Positions 45,969 to 54,987 of a DNA stretch of 64,000 nt are shown here, piece after piece. The first letter of the stretch is position 1. Each line of letters opens with the position of its first letter. Made by a program: the position numbers and the translations under genes. The stretch lies in assembly GCA_934700385.1 (NCBI GenBank), contig CAKUXO010000002.1, forward strand, positions 23,323-87,322. The letters are read 5' to 3'. This stretch comes from an uncultured Candidatus Melainabacteria bacterium (lineage in GTDB: Bacteria > Cyanobacteriota > Vampirovibrionia > Gastranaerophilales > Gastranaerophilaceae). Below the pieces are notes generated by a model that saw nothing but the letters and a program-made list of their open reading frames with translations, was not told where the DNA came from and did not search any database.

Positions 45969-48437
45969 TTATCTTAAAGATAAGCCTATTATATTTTTTT
46001 CAAGCCCTGCTTTAATTTTATTTATTTCAGCTTGAATAATGTCATCTGTAAGGGTTTTGTTTTCATCTTGTAAAATAATTCTAAAAGCAAGAGATTTTTT
46101 ACCATCTTCAATTTTATCCCCCTCATAAATATCAAAAACTTTTGAAGATTTGAAAATTTCTTTTGAGGCAACTTTTTTAATTGCTTTATTAATTTCTTCA
46201 ATTGTTGTTGTTCTATCTACGCTTAGGGCGATATCTCTTTGAATAGCGCCAAATACAGGCAATTTTTTGAATTTTGCTGTTGTTGGTGTAATTGAAGATA
46301 AAATTTCTTCTAAATTAATTTCAAAAATATAAAGAGGTTGATTTAATTTTAATTTATCCCCTAAAACAGGATGAAGTGTACCTATATAGCCAATTGGTTC
46401 TTTGGTTTTGCTTCCAAGAAGTGAAATTGTAGCTGCTTGCGCTGGGTGGATAAATTCGTGGCTTTTCATATCGTTTTCGTTAAATTTTTTGAAAACAATT
46501 CTTTTTGAAATTCCAAGTTTTTCAAAAAGCCCTTCTAATACACCTTTTAAGGTGAAAAAGTCATCTTTTTTATTTAAGTATAGGCTATTATTAACTTGAC
46601 CAAAAATACATCCAGAAAGTTTTCTTGTTTCTTCAACACCTGAATTATCAAGGGTTGGCGCTTCTTTTTGAAGATAAGTTTTACCTATTTCATAAAGTCT
46701 GAATGTTTTTTGTCCGTTATCAAAATTGTTTTTAACAACTTCAAGCATATTAGGCATTAAGTTTTGCCTTAAGGTTGAAAAATCTTCGCTGTGCGGATTT
46801 TTAACTTCAATTTTCTTTTCTTCATCTAATGGTTGTAAAAACATATTACATAAGTTTTTGCCGATTAATGAACTTGTGATAATTTCATCAAAACCAAAAG
46901 AAAGCATTGTTTCATTAACTTTTTTAAGTGTTCTTGTGTCAAAGCTAATTGTTGCGCCTTGTGAAATATTTGGAATTTGAGGAGTGATTTTATCAAAGCC
47001 ATCAATTCTTGAAACTTCTTCAATTAAATCTATTTCACGATAAACATCGTTGTATCTCCAACTTGGAACTTTGAATTTTGCAGCCATTTCATTTTTGCCT
47101 AAAAGCTCAAAACCAAGATTTTCAAGAATTTCAATAGAGCGTTCTTGAGGAATTTCAATTCCTAAAATTCTTTTAATTTCAGAGTTTCTTAAAGTAATTT
47201 CAATGTCATCAAGTTTATCAAAACCTGTTTTAACAATTCCTTCAAATTTTGCGTTTGCATATTTTTCAAGTAGTTCAATAGAGCGATATTGCGCTTTTTG
47301 AACCATCTCAATGTCAATTCCTCTTTCATATCTGCTTGAAGCGTCTGAACGATAGCCCACGCTTTTAGCAGATTTTCTGTTTGTATGTGGTGTAAAATAT
47401 GCTGCTTCAAGGGCTATATTTTTTGTTTCGTTATCGATTTCAGAATTTAATCCGCCAAAAACACCCCCAATGCAAACAGGTTTTTCTTTTGTTGCAATAA
47501 CGACACTAACATCTTTTGTTAATTTTCTTTCAACTTCATCAATTGTTATAATTGATTCATTTTCTTTTGCGTATCTTGCGCAAAGATATCCGTTTAATTT
47601 GTCAAAATCAAAAGCATGTTGCGGAGTTCCCATTTCAAGCATAACATAATTTGTAATATCAACAATGTTATTAATTGGGCGCATGCCGGCAGCTGTCACC
47701 CTTCTTTGAATAAAATCTGGAGAAGGTTTTATTTCTAAATTTTTTAAAATTGCAACAGAATAATATTTACAAGCGTCATCATCTAAAATTTCAACTTCAA
47801 AGTTTTGCGCTTTTAAATCATAAGTTTTATATTCAACTTGTTTCATTTTTCGATTAAATAATGCGCTTAATTCTCTTGCAATACCGATAACGCTCATTTG
47901 ATCCCCACGGTTTGCAGTTGGTGCTGTGTGGAAAATGATTTCATCTTTTAAATTCATTAATTTTTCAAGAGGTTGATTAAGTTCAACATTATCATAAATT
48001 CTGTTTAAGATTAAAATGCCGTCTTCTTCTTGAAGTCCAACAAGTCCAAGTTCATCTTGAGAACACAACATTCCTTGAGATTCAACTCCTCTAATTGTTG
48101 CAGGGGCAAGTTCAAATTGTTCGCCTGTTTTTCTATCTAAAACTTTTGAACCAACACTTGCATAAGGAATTATTTGACCAACTTCTATGTTTTGCGCACC
48201 GCAAACAACTTTTTTCTCACTTCCGCCTAAATCTAGGGTAACTAAATGAAGTTTATCAGCGTTTGGGTGATTGTCAATTTTGATAATTTTTGCAGTTTTG
48301 ATATTTTCAAAAGACGGTTTTTTATATTCTATTTCTTCAACTTCAAGCCCGCTCATAGTAAGTTTGTGGGCAATTTCTTCCGGCTCTATTCCGGCTAATT
48401 CAACATATTCATTAAGCCATTCGTATGAAACTTGCAT
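45969..48437 (-). CDS. pheT: Phenylalanine--tRNA ligase beta subunit
   Basis: MQVSYEWLNEYVEL..., tRNA-binding OB domain, B3/4, B5 and FDX-ACB regions. 822 aa. pheS is not adjacent. Confidence 0.95.
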   Translation of the reverse strand: MQVSYEWLNEYVELAGIEPEEIAHKLTMSGLEVEEIEYKKPSFENIKTAKIIKIDNHPNADKLHLVTLDLGGSEKKVVCGAQNIEVGQIIPYASVGSKVLDRKTGEQFELAPATIRGVESQGMLCSQDELGLVGLQEEDGILILNRIYDNVELNQPLEKLMNLKDEIIFHTAPTANRGDQMSVIGIARELSALFNRKMKQVEYKTYDLKAQNFEVEILDDDACKYYSVAILKNLEIKPSPDFIQRRVTAAGMRPINNIVDITNYVMLEMGTPQHAFDFDKLNGYLCARYAKENESIITIDEVERKLTKDVSVVIATKEKPVCIGGVFGGLNSEIDNETKNIALEAAYFTPHTNRKSAKSVGYRSDASSRYERGIDIEMVQKAQYRSIELLEKYANAKFEGIVKTGFDKLDDIEITLRNSEIKRILGIEIPQERSIEILENLGFELLGKNEMAAKFKVPSWRYNDVYREIDLIEEVSRIDGFDKITPQIPNISQGATISFDTRTLKKVNETMLSFGFDEIITSSLIGKNLCNMFLQPLDEEKKIEVKNPHSEDFSTLRQNLMPNMLEVVKNNFDNGQKTFRLYEIGKTYLQKEAPTLDNSGVEETRKLSGCIFGQVNNSLYLNKKDDFFTLKGVLEGLFEKLGISKRIVFKKFNENDMKSHEFIHPAQAATISLLGSKTKEPIGYIGTLHPVLGDKLKLNQPLYIFEINLEEILSSITPTTAKFKKLPVFGAIQRDIALSVDRTTTIEEINKAIKKVASKEIFKSSKVFDIYEGDKIEDGKKSLAFRIILQDENKTLTDDIIQAEINKIKAGLEKNIIGLSLR

Positions 48438-48483
48438 TTTTACTTCCTTTTTAATCTCTTTTTTAGTTTTATTATACTATAAA

Positions 48484-48515
48484 CAAAAAAATAGGTTCAT
48501 TTTATTGAACCTATT
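48484..48515 (-). terminator. Intrinsic terminator of the 48551-49621 gene
   Basis: Minus strand: AATAGGTTCA-ATAAAA-TGAACCTATT followed by TTTTTTG. Confidence 0.7.
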
Positions 48516-48550
48516 AAAATGCGTTATTAATAATAGCTTGTAAATAAAAT

Positions 48551-49621
48551 TTATGCTTTTTGAAGTAAGTCTTGTGCGACTTTTCTTTCAAAAGTTGAGC
48601 TTTTTTCATTTGTTAAGATTTTTGTTAACTTTTCTTCTGAATATCCTTGATATCTTTTTAAATATCTTTGATAAGCAGGATGTGAAACTTCTTTTTTAGC
48701 TTTTCTTTTGATTGAATTTTCTTGCGTTTTTGTTTTATTTGCTTCCATTTTTGCTTTTTGTTCTTTTGTTACAGGTGGCAAGTTGCTTTTTCTTAATCTT
48801 TCTTTTTTATTTTCTTCTCGTTTTAAATAAGAATTTTCTCTTACTTTTTTAGCTTTTAATTCAACGTCAATTGCTTCATTTTCTGCTCTTTTAGCTAAAA
48901 TTTTATTTTTATGAGTTGGATTTTGCTCATAAATTCCTTTTTGTATTGCAGCTTTTTGTTGTGCTTCTTCTGTAATTCTATGGCTTTTAAGAATGTTTTG
49001 GTTATATTCATGAACTTTTATTCCTTGGTTTAAATTTTTAATTTCACCATTAGAATTTTTAATGCTTTTCATATTTTCTTTTGAAGCTTTTACGGCTTGT
49101 TTTTCATTTTCAAGAAGTTGCGCTCTTGTTTGTGAAACCGCTTTTTTAACTTCTTTTTTACTTTCTTTATCTAAATTTTTAGTGACTGCTTTTCTTGTTG
49201 TTGAATAGTTTTCGCCACTTAGGATTTTTTCATTTGCTTCTTGGATAATTTCACTTGTTGCTTTTGGTGTTATGGCTTCTTTAGTTGCTTCATTGACAAC
49301 CTCTTTAACAACTTTATCAGCGGCTTTTACTTCTTCACCTACGTTTGAAATAGCTTCAGATGCAGCGTTTGCAGCTTTATTTGAAACAGTTTCATTTATA
49401 ACATTTGATTTTCCATGTTTAACTGCGGCAGCAATTCCTAGCCCTGCAATAGCTATAGAACCAAGTGCAATTAAGCTTTTACATAATTTTTTCTTGCCAT
49501 CATCTAAATTATCATATTTATTTTTTATATTTTGAATTGGTTTTGGTAATTCTTTTTTAGAGTTGTTAATTTGATTTGTTGTTGCTGAAAAATTAACTGC
49601 TGATGTTGAATTTATGCTCAT
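48551..49621 (-). CDS. Hypothetical Lys-rich protein with an Asn-rich N-terminal leader and one TM segment
   Basis: MSINSTSAVNFSATTNQINNSKK..., TM LCKSLIALGSIAIAGLGIAAAV, then ~290 aa of highly charged (K/E/A/N) helical sequence. AAGGAA RBS. Confidence 0.5.
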   Translation of the reverse strand: MSINSTSAVNFSATTNQINNSKKELPKPIQNIKNKYDNLDDGKKKLCKSLIALGSIAIAGLGIAAAVKHGKSNVINETVSNKAANAASEAISNVGEEVKAADKVVKEVVNEATKEAITPKATSEIIQEANEKILSGENYSTTRKAVTKNLDKESKKEVKKAVSQTRAQLLENEKQAVKASKENMKSIKNSNGEIKNLNQGIKVHEYNQNILKSHRITEEAQQKAAIQKGIYEQNPTHKNKILAKRAENEAIDVELKAKKVRENSYLKREENKKERLRKSNLPPVTKEQKAKMEANKTKTQENSIKRKAKKEVSHPAYQRYLKRYQGYSEEKLTKILTNEKSSTFERKVAQDLLQKA

Positions 49622-49763
49622 TTCTATATTCCTTAAAAATATCTACATATATATTAAAACTCAAAAAACTAAAAAGTTGTTAAAAAAATTGGATATTTTA
49701 CATCAAAAAAATCATAATATAGATATAGTGCGACATTACAGCTTAACAAAAGTTAATATAAAC

Positions 49764-49778
49764 TGATATAGTATATCA
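49764..49778. promoter_or_regulatory. Perfect palindrome TGATATA-G-TATATCA upstream of the second XRE gene (candidate operator)
   Basis: 15-bp palindrome about 46 nt upstream of the GTG start at 49824. Confidence 0.3.
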
Positions 49779-49823
49779 AATTTAGTAAAAAAACTACATA
49801 CAGTATCGCAAAAAGGTCAAAAA

Positions 49824-50162
49824 GTGAACATAAAAAACGAATTTGGTTTAAAAATCAAAAGAATGAGAAAATATAAAAAATTAACCCAAGAACAACTTGC
49901 AGAGCTAATTGATATCTCTCCAAGAAATCTTTCGGCTATTGAAGTTGGCTCAAGTTTTCCAAAAGCTGAAACCTTAGAGAAAATTTTAATTGCTTTGAAT
50001 ATTTCTCTTGATGATCTTTTTGAAGCGAATTTTTTTCAAAATAATGAATTGCTTTATGAAAATATAATTAATAATATTAAATATTTGAAAAATGATTATA
50101 AAAAATTAGAAGCTATTAATAACATCGTTAATTTATTAATAAATCAGGATGTTTATAAATAA
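49824..50162 (+). CDS. XRE-family helix-turn-helix transcriptional regulator (GTG start)
   Basis: FGLKIKRMRKYKKLTQEQLAELIDISPRNLSAIEVGSSFPKAETLEKILIAL. Aligns from residue 1 with the 42802 paralogue, which supports the GTG start. Confidence 0.75.
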   Translation: MNIKNEFGLKIKRMRKYKKLTQEQLAELIDISPRNLSAIEVGSSFPKAETLEKILIALNISLDDLFEANFFQNNELLYENIINNIKYLKNDYKKLEAINNIVNLLINQDVYK

Positions 50163-50185
50163 TATTTGTTAGATATTAAATAATG

Positions 50186-50203
50186 TGCTAAAATTCAGTT
50201 ATG
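50186..50203 (+). promoter_or_regulatory. Extended -10 box TGcTAAAAT, 6 nt, then the def ATG (candidate leaderless promoter)
   Basis: T50186 G50187 c TAAAAT 50189-94, spacer tcagtt, ATG 50201. No Shine-Dalgarno. Confidence 0.45.
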
Positions 50204-50815
50204 TCTATTTTAAAAATTATTGAATATGGTGACCCGATTTTAAGGGCACATTCTAAGGAAGTTACAAAAGTATCTAAAAAAATTAAAACTTTAATTATGG
50301 ATATGCTTGATACAATGTATCATGCTAATGGTGTTGGTTTAGCGGCACCGCAAGTTGGTGAAAATTTAAGGATTTTTGTTATAGATGTTTCAGATCCATC
50401 TGGACCAATTAATCCTTTAGTTTTTGTTAACCCTAAAATAATTAAAAAATCAGGCGCAATTAACAGCTATGAGGGCTGTTTGAGTTTTCCAAAAGCCTAT
50501 ACAAACGTACGCCGCTATAAAAATGTTATGATAAAAGCTCTTGATATTAATGGGCGTCCATTTATTAAAGAAGCTAAAGATGGCGAGCTTTTAGCCCGTG
50601 CAATTCAACATGAATTTGATCATTTAGATGGAAAATTATTCATTGACCACTGTAGAAATCGTTTTGAAGCTGATGAAGTTTTAAAGAAATTCAACTTAAA
50701 ACCAATTGAAGTTGATAAATTAATAGATGAAGAATTTTTAGAAGAAGAAATTGTTGCTTTTGAAAAAGAGCACCCTGAAATTGCTGAAAAACAAAAACAA
50801 GAGGAACAAGGTTAA
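50201..50815 (+). CDS. def: Peptide deformylase (with a ~35-aa acidic C-terminal extension)
   Basis: GVGLAAPQVG, EGCLSFP, QHEFDHLDG. Confidence 0.95.
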   Translation: MSILKIIEYGDPILRAHSKEVTKVSKKIKTLIMDMLDTMYHANGVGLAAPQVGENLRIFVIDVSDPSGPINPLVFVNPKIIKKSGAINSYEGCLSFPKAYTNVRRYKNVMIKALDINGRPFIKEAKDGELLARAIQHEFDHLDGKLFIDHCRNRFEADEVLKKFNLKPIEVDKLIDEEFLEEEIVAFEKEHPEIAEKQKQEEQG

Positions 50816-50821
50816 AAAATA

Positions 50822-51772
50822 ATGGAAAATAAAATTAAAATTGTTTTTTTTGCAACTCCTGATATCGCACTTGAAAGTTTTAAATTTTTCATAAATTCCC
50901 CTGATTATGAGGTTTTAGCCCTTGTTACTCAAAAAGCGAAACCTCAAAATAGAGGTAAAAAAATTGTTGAAAGAAATATAACTCGTCTTGCAAAAGAAAA
51001 CAATATCAAGGTTTTTGAGCCGATTAAAATTTCAAAAGAGCCCGAAATAATTAATGAATTAAAAAGTTTAAATGCTGATTTTTTCATTACTTTTGCTTTT
51101 GGTCAAATTTTATCTCAAGAAGTTATTGATATTCCAAAATTCGATATAATCAATCTCCACGCAAGTTTATTACCTTTATATCGTGGTGCTAATCCAATTT
51201 GTCAATGTATTGAAGATGGTGCAAAATATACGGGTATTACAACAATGAAAACCGTTCTTGCGCTTGATAGCGGAGATATTTGTTTACAAGAAAAAATTGA
51301 AATTCCTCTTGAAATGAATGTTATTGATTTAATGGAAAAAATTTCTTCTCTTTCACCAGAACTTTTGGATAAAACCCTTAAAGGCTTGTATAATAAGACT
51401 CTTAAGGCAATTCATCAAGATGATAGCAAGGCAACTTTTACTAAAAAAATCAAAAAAGAAGAAAAATTAATCGATTGGAATATGAATGCTTTTGATTTAC
51501 ATAATAAAATCAGAAGTATGTATAAAATTAACACTAATCACACATTTTTCAATGGGAAAATCGTTAAAGTTTTAAAAACAATTCCTCTTGAAACTTTAAA
51601 TTGCTCTTGTGGAACAGTTGAAGAAGTTGCAAAAGATGGTATTATTGTTGGCTGTAAAAATGGCGCAATTAAACTTTTAACGGTTAAACCCGAAGGAAAG
51701 GGCGAAATGCAAGCAAACGCTTGGGCATGTGGCGCAAGAATTAAAAAGGGAGATTGTTTTACAAATGGATAA
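50822..51772 (+). CDS. fmt: Methionyl-tRNA formyltransferase
   Basis: IVFFATPDIALESF..., NLHASLLPLYRGANPI, and the C-terminal Fmt domain. Confidence 0.95.
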   Translation: MENKIKIVFFATPDIALESFKFFINSPDYEVLALVTQKAKPQNRGKKIVERNITRLAKENNIKVFEPIKISKEPEIINELKSLNADFFITFAFGQILSQEVIDIPKFDIINLHASLLPLYRGANPICQCIEDGAKYTGITTMKTVLALDSGDICLQEKIEIPLEMNVIDLMEKISSLSPELLDKTLKGLYNKTLKAIHQDDSKATFTKKIKKEEKLIDWNMNAFDLHNKIRSMYKINTNHTFFNGKIVKVLKTIPLETLNCSCGTVEEVAKDGIIVGCKNGAIKLLTVKPEGKGEMQANAWACGARIKKGDCFTNG

Positions 51773-52145
51773 AATAATCTATTCAAGAGGGATTAGAGGT
51801 GCAATTACCCTTGAAGATAATTCTAGGGAAGAAATTGAAAAAGCAACGGTTGAGCTTTTAGATAAAATGTTAAAAGAAAATGAAATTGAAATTGAAGATA
51901 TTTCTTTTGCAATTTTTACCTTAACAAAAGACTTAAATGCTGATTTTCCTGCTAAATATGCTCGCTTAAAATGTGGGTTTCAATTTGTTCCTATGATGTG
52001 TTATTTTGAGCTTGATGTTGAAAATTCTTTAGAAAAATGTCTTAGAATTCTTTTAAACGTTAACACAACAAAAACTCAAAAAGAAATTAAACACATCTAT
52101 TTAAAAGGTGCGGCAAGTTTAAGAAAAGATTTTAAAAACAATTAA
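51765..52145 (+). CDS. aroH: Chorismate mutase, AroH type
   Basis: MDKIIYSRGIRGAITLEDNSREEI... (RGIRGA motif). Start at ATG 51765, overlapping the end of fmt by 8 nt. The track start at 51729 is less likely. Confidence 0.8.
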   Translation: MDKIIYSRGIRGAITLEDNSREEIEKATVELLDKMLKENEIEIEDISFAIFTLTKDLNADFPAKYARLKCGFQFVPMMCYFELDVENSLEKCLRILLNVNTTKTQKEIKHIYLKGAASLRKDFKNN

Positions 52146-52159
52146 CTTAGGAAGAAAAA

Positions 52160-53497
52160 ATGACAAAAATAATCAAAAAAGAAGAAATACCTTATCCTTT
52201 TTTAGAAAAACCTTTAAAGCTTTTTACTTTTGAAAATGGATTCAAGGTTGTTTTTGCTTATAAAGATAGCCCTATGATTAACATTAGTTCTTGGGTTAAA
52301 ACAGGTTCAATTAATGAAAACAACGAAAACAACGGTGTTTCTCATTTTGTTGAACACCTTTTGTTTAAAGGAACAACTAAATTTCCAGCCGGTGTTTTTG
52401 ATAAAACAATGGAGCGCCTTGGCGGAATAATTAATGCTGCAACTTGGAAAGATTACACATTTTTTTATATAAATATTCCAAAAGAACATTCTAAAATTGC
52501 TCTTGAAATGCACGCTGATATGATGGTTGACGCTATTTTTCCTATTGAAGAAATAGGCCCTGAATTTGACCCAAATAAAAAAGCCCCCGAACAAAAGCGT
52601 GAAAGATATGTTGTTATTGAAGAAATTAGAATGGGTGAAGATAATAATTGGAGAAAAGTTTATAAAAATCTTAATTCAATTATGTATGAAAAACATCCTT
52701 ATAAACGTGAAGTAATAGGTACAAAAGAAATAATTGCTTCAATATCTCGAGATGAAATTTTTAAATATTATAAAACTTTCTACACTCCTCAAAACATTAC
52801 AACAATTGTTACAGGGGATTTTGACGAAGAAAATATGATTGATTTAATTCAAAAGAATTTTATTTTTAAAGAATGCCCTGAAATTTCTAAATGCACTCCT
52901 GATTTTAAAATTCCTGAAATTAAAATCAAAAATCCTGATACTATTGTTGAATATAGCGACGTTCAAACAGGCTATATTATGCTTGGTGCACTTTGTGATA
53001 GTGCTAAAAATCAAAAAGAAACAATCGCTCTTGATTTAATTTCAACAATTTTAGGGGACGGCAAAAGTTCAAGATTATATTCTGATTTAATTGAAAACGC
53101 TTCAAACCCTCATTATTATCAGCTTGAAAGCTGCCATTATCAATTTAAAGACGGTGATAATTTCTTTATTGAAGCAAACTTTGACCCAACTAAAAAAGAT
53201 ATTGTTATTGAAGAATTAAAAAAACATCTTTTAGATATGCAAAAAATTTCACCTGAAGAATTAAACAAAGCTAAGAAACGTTTTAAGGTGAATTTTGCAC
53301 AAGATTCTGAAATGGTTTCAGATATTTCTGACACAATCGGTTATTATATGACAGTTTGCGATGATGTTTCAAAAGCGCAAAAACAGCTTGAAATTTTAGA
53401 TGAAATAGATTGCGATTATTTATCTGAAATTGTTAAAAAATATCTAAACCCTGAATGTGTTTCAATTAGTTTAATCTTACCTTTGGAGGGTAAATAA
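52160..53497 (+). CDS. M16B zinc peptidase, catalytic subunit
   Basis: HFVEHLLFKGT (HxxEH). AGGAAG RBS. Confidence 0.85.
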   Translation: MTKIIKKEEIPYPFLEKPLKLFTFENGFKVVFAYKDSPMINISSWVKTGSINENNENNGVSHFVEHLLFKGTTKFPAGVFDKTMERLGGIINAATWKDYTFFYINIPKEHSKIALEMHADMMVDAIFPIEEIGPEFDPNKKAPEQKRERYVVIEEIRMGEDNNWRKVYKNLNSIMYEKHPYKREVIGTKEIIASISRDEIFKYYKTFYTPQNITTIVTGDFDEENMIDLIQKNFIFKECPEISKCTPDFKIPEIKIKNPDTIVEYSDVQTGYIMLGALCDSAKNQKETIALDLISTILGDGKSSRLYSDLIENASNPHYYQLESCHYQFKDGDNFFIEANFDPTKKDIVIEELKKHLLDMQKISPEELNKAKKRFKVNFAQDSEMVSDISDTIGYYMTVCDDVSKAQKQLEILDEIDCDYLSEIVKKYLNPECVSISLILPLEGK

Positions 53498-53498
53498 A

Positions 53499-54725
53499 AT
53501 GGAATTAATTAATAAAAATGATATAAATATTTTGCTTCAAAAAATGCCAAAAACCCCAAGAATGTGCCTTAATTTATTTTTTAAGGTTAATAAAAAACAA
53601 AAGTTTAATGGCATAAATTCAATTATGGCAAGGCTTTTATTGCAAGGCACAAAAAAATATTCAGCCCTTCAATTAGCTCAAGAATTTGAAAATGAATGTA
53701 TAGATATTTCAGTTAAATCTAAGCAAGATTACATTAAAATGAGCGTTGTTTTTCTTAACGAAGATTTAAAGCTTGCTTTTGAATTGGTTAGAGAATTGCT
53801 TTTAAATTCAACTTTTGATGGTTTTGAAAAAGAAATTTTTAAATTAAAAGGTGAAATTGCTTCTGATTTAGACAATCCTCGTTTTAAATTATCTGATTGT
53901 TTTGTTAAAAACATTTTTCAAAATCATCCATATTCTGAAACTCATACAAACATTTTAGAAACTTTAGATAAAATTTCAAAAGAAGATATTTTAAATGCTT
54001 ATAAAGATATGTTTTTAAATCAAAAGGCGGTTGTTTTAGTTGGAGATTGGCAAAATCAAGATGAAATAGTTGATTTAATTAAAAGTAATTTTGATTTTAT
54101 GACTTCAAAAAATACCTTTGATGAAATTGAAAATATTTTCTTAAATCATAATGAAAAAGATGAAACCCTTTGGCTTACTAAAAATGACGCACAACAGGCT
54201 CAAATTATTCAAGGTTGCTTGGTTGAAAGTTTTAATTCTAATAAAACTTATGCTCTAACTTTAATGAATAATATTTTGGGTGGTTCTGGGCTTTCATGTC
54301 GCTTATTTGTTAATTTAAGAGATAAACAAGGGCTTGCATACACTGTTAGAAGCCAATATGAAACTTTGTTACATAGCGCTATTTTTAATATGTATATTGG
54401 AACAGCCCCTCAAAACATTAAAAAATCTCTTGAAGGTTTTAAAATCGAACTTTCAAAATTAGCGCAAGATTATGTTTCAGATGAAGAATTAATCGGCGCA
54501 AAAGAATCTATTTCAGGAAGATTAAAATATTTCACTCAAAATAATGCTCAAATTGCCGCTGTTAATGGCTATAACTATATTATGGGCTTAGGTTTAGATT
54601 ATAATGATAAATTTTTAGATGAAATTAAAAAAATTACTAAAGATGACATTAAAAATATCGCAAATGAAATTTTAAACAAGCCAAAATTGAATGTTATAAT
54701 TTGTCCTGATGAATATAGATATTAA
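53499..54725 (+). CDS. M16B peptidase-like, non-catalytic partner subunit
   Basis: Same fold (…SCRLFVNLRDKQGLAYTVRS…) but the zinc motif is replaced by ARLLLQGT. Starts 1 nt after the upstream stop codon. Confidence 0.8.
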   Translation: MELINKNDINILLQKMPKTPRMCLNLFFKVNKKQKFNGINSIMARLLLQGTKKYSALQLAQEFENECIDISVKSKQDYIKMSVVFLNEDLKLAFELVRELLLNSTFDGFEKEIFKLKGEIASDLDNPRFKLSDCFVKNIFQNHPYSETHTNILETLDKISKEDILNAYKDMFLNQKAVVLVGDWQNQDEIVDLIKSNFDFMTSKNTFDEIENIFLNHNEKDETLWLTKNDAQQAQIIQGCLVESFNSNKTYALTLMNNILGGSGLSCRLFVNLRDKQGLAYTVRSQYETLLHSAIFNMYIGTAPQNIKKSLEGFKIELSKLAQDYVSDEELIGAKESISGRLKYFTQNNAQIAAVNGYNYIMGLGLDYNDKFLDEIKKITKDDIKNIANEILNKPKLNVIICPDEYRY

Positions 54726-54755
54726 GTTTTATTAAGCAAATAAATAATTTCAAAA

Positions 54756-54791
54756 AACCCTAAAATGTTATTATATCAACGTTTTAGGGTT
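54756..54791 (+). terminator. Long hairpin after the M16 pair (candidate terminator)
   Basis: AACCCTAAAATGTT-ATTATATC-AACGTTTTAGGGTT: 14-bp stem including one G-U pair. The trailing T-run is short. Confidence 0.5.
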
Positions 54792-54891
54792 TAATACTAT
54801 ATTTGTATTACATTTCTTAATAAAGACTATCTTTTTTCTTTTAAAAAGGTTATTATAGTTATGTTGTTAATGCTTCGGCTAGTATGCGAAT

Positions 54892-54915
54892 TGGGGTGTA
54901 AACCCCATTTTTTTT
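54892..54915 (+). terminator. Terminator-like hairpin inside the leader region of the 54988 gene
   Basis: TGGGG-TGTAAA-CCCCA followed by eight T's, about 73 nt upstream of the ATG at 54988. Confidence 0.45.
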
Positions 54916-54987
54916 CCAAAAAATACTCCGTTTATATTAATTCTTTTGGTTAGAATTATGATAAACTAACCTTGAAAGGAGTGTTCA

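Noticed and set aside
45969-48437. pheT without an adjacent pheS as a sign of rearrangement or a mobile insertion
   Set aside because: The neighbouring gene has no mobile-element features. Separated pheS and pheT occur in many genomes. It is noted only as context.
54892-54930. preQ1-I-like riboswitch (small hairpin followed by an A-rich tail, upstream of a membrane protein gene)
   Set aside because: An eight-T run lies between the hairpin and the A-rich tail. The loop lacks the conserved preQ1-I nucleotides. The downstream protein does not look like QueT or YhhQ. The element is kept only as a generic attenuator candidate.
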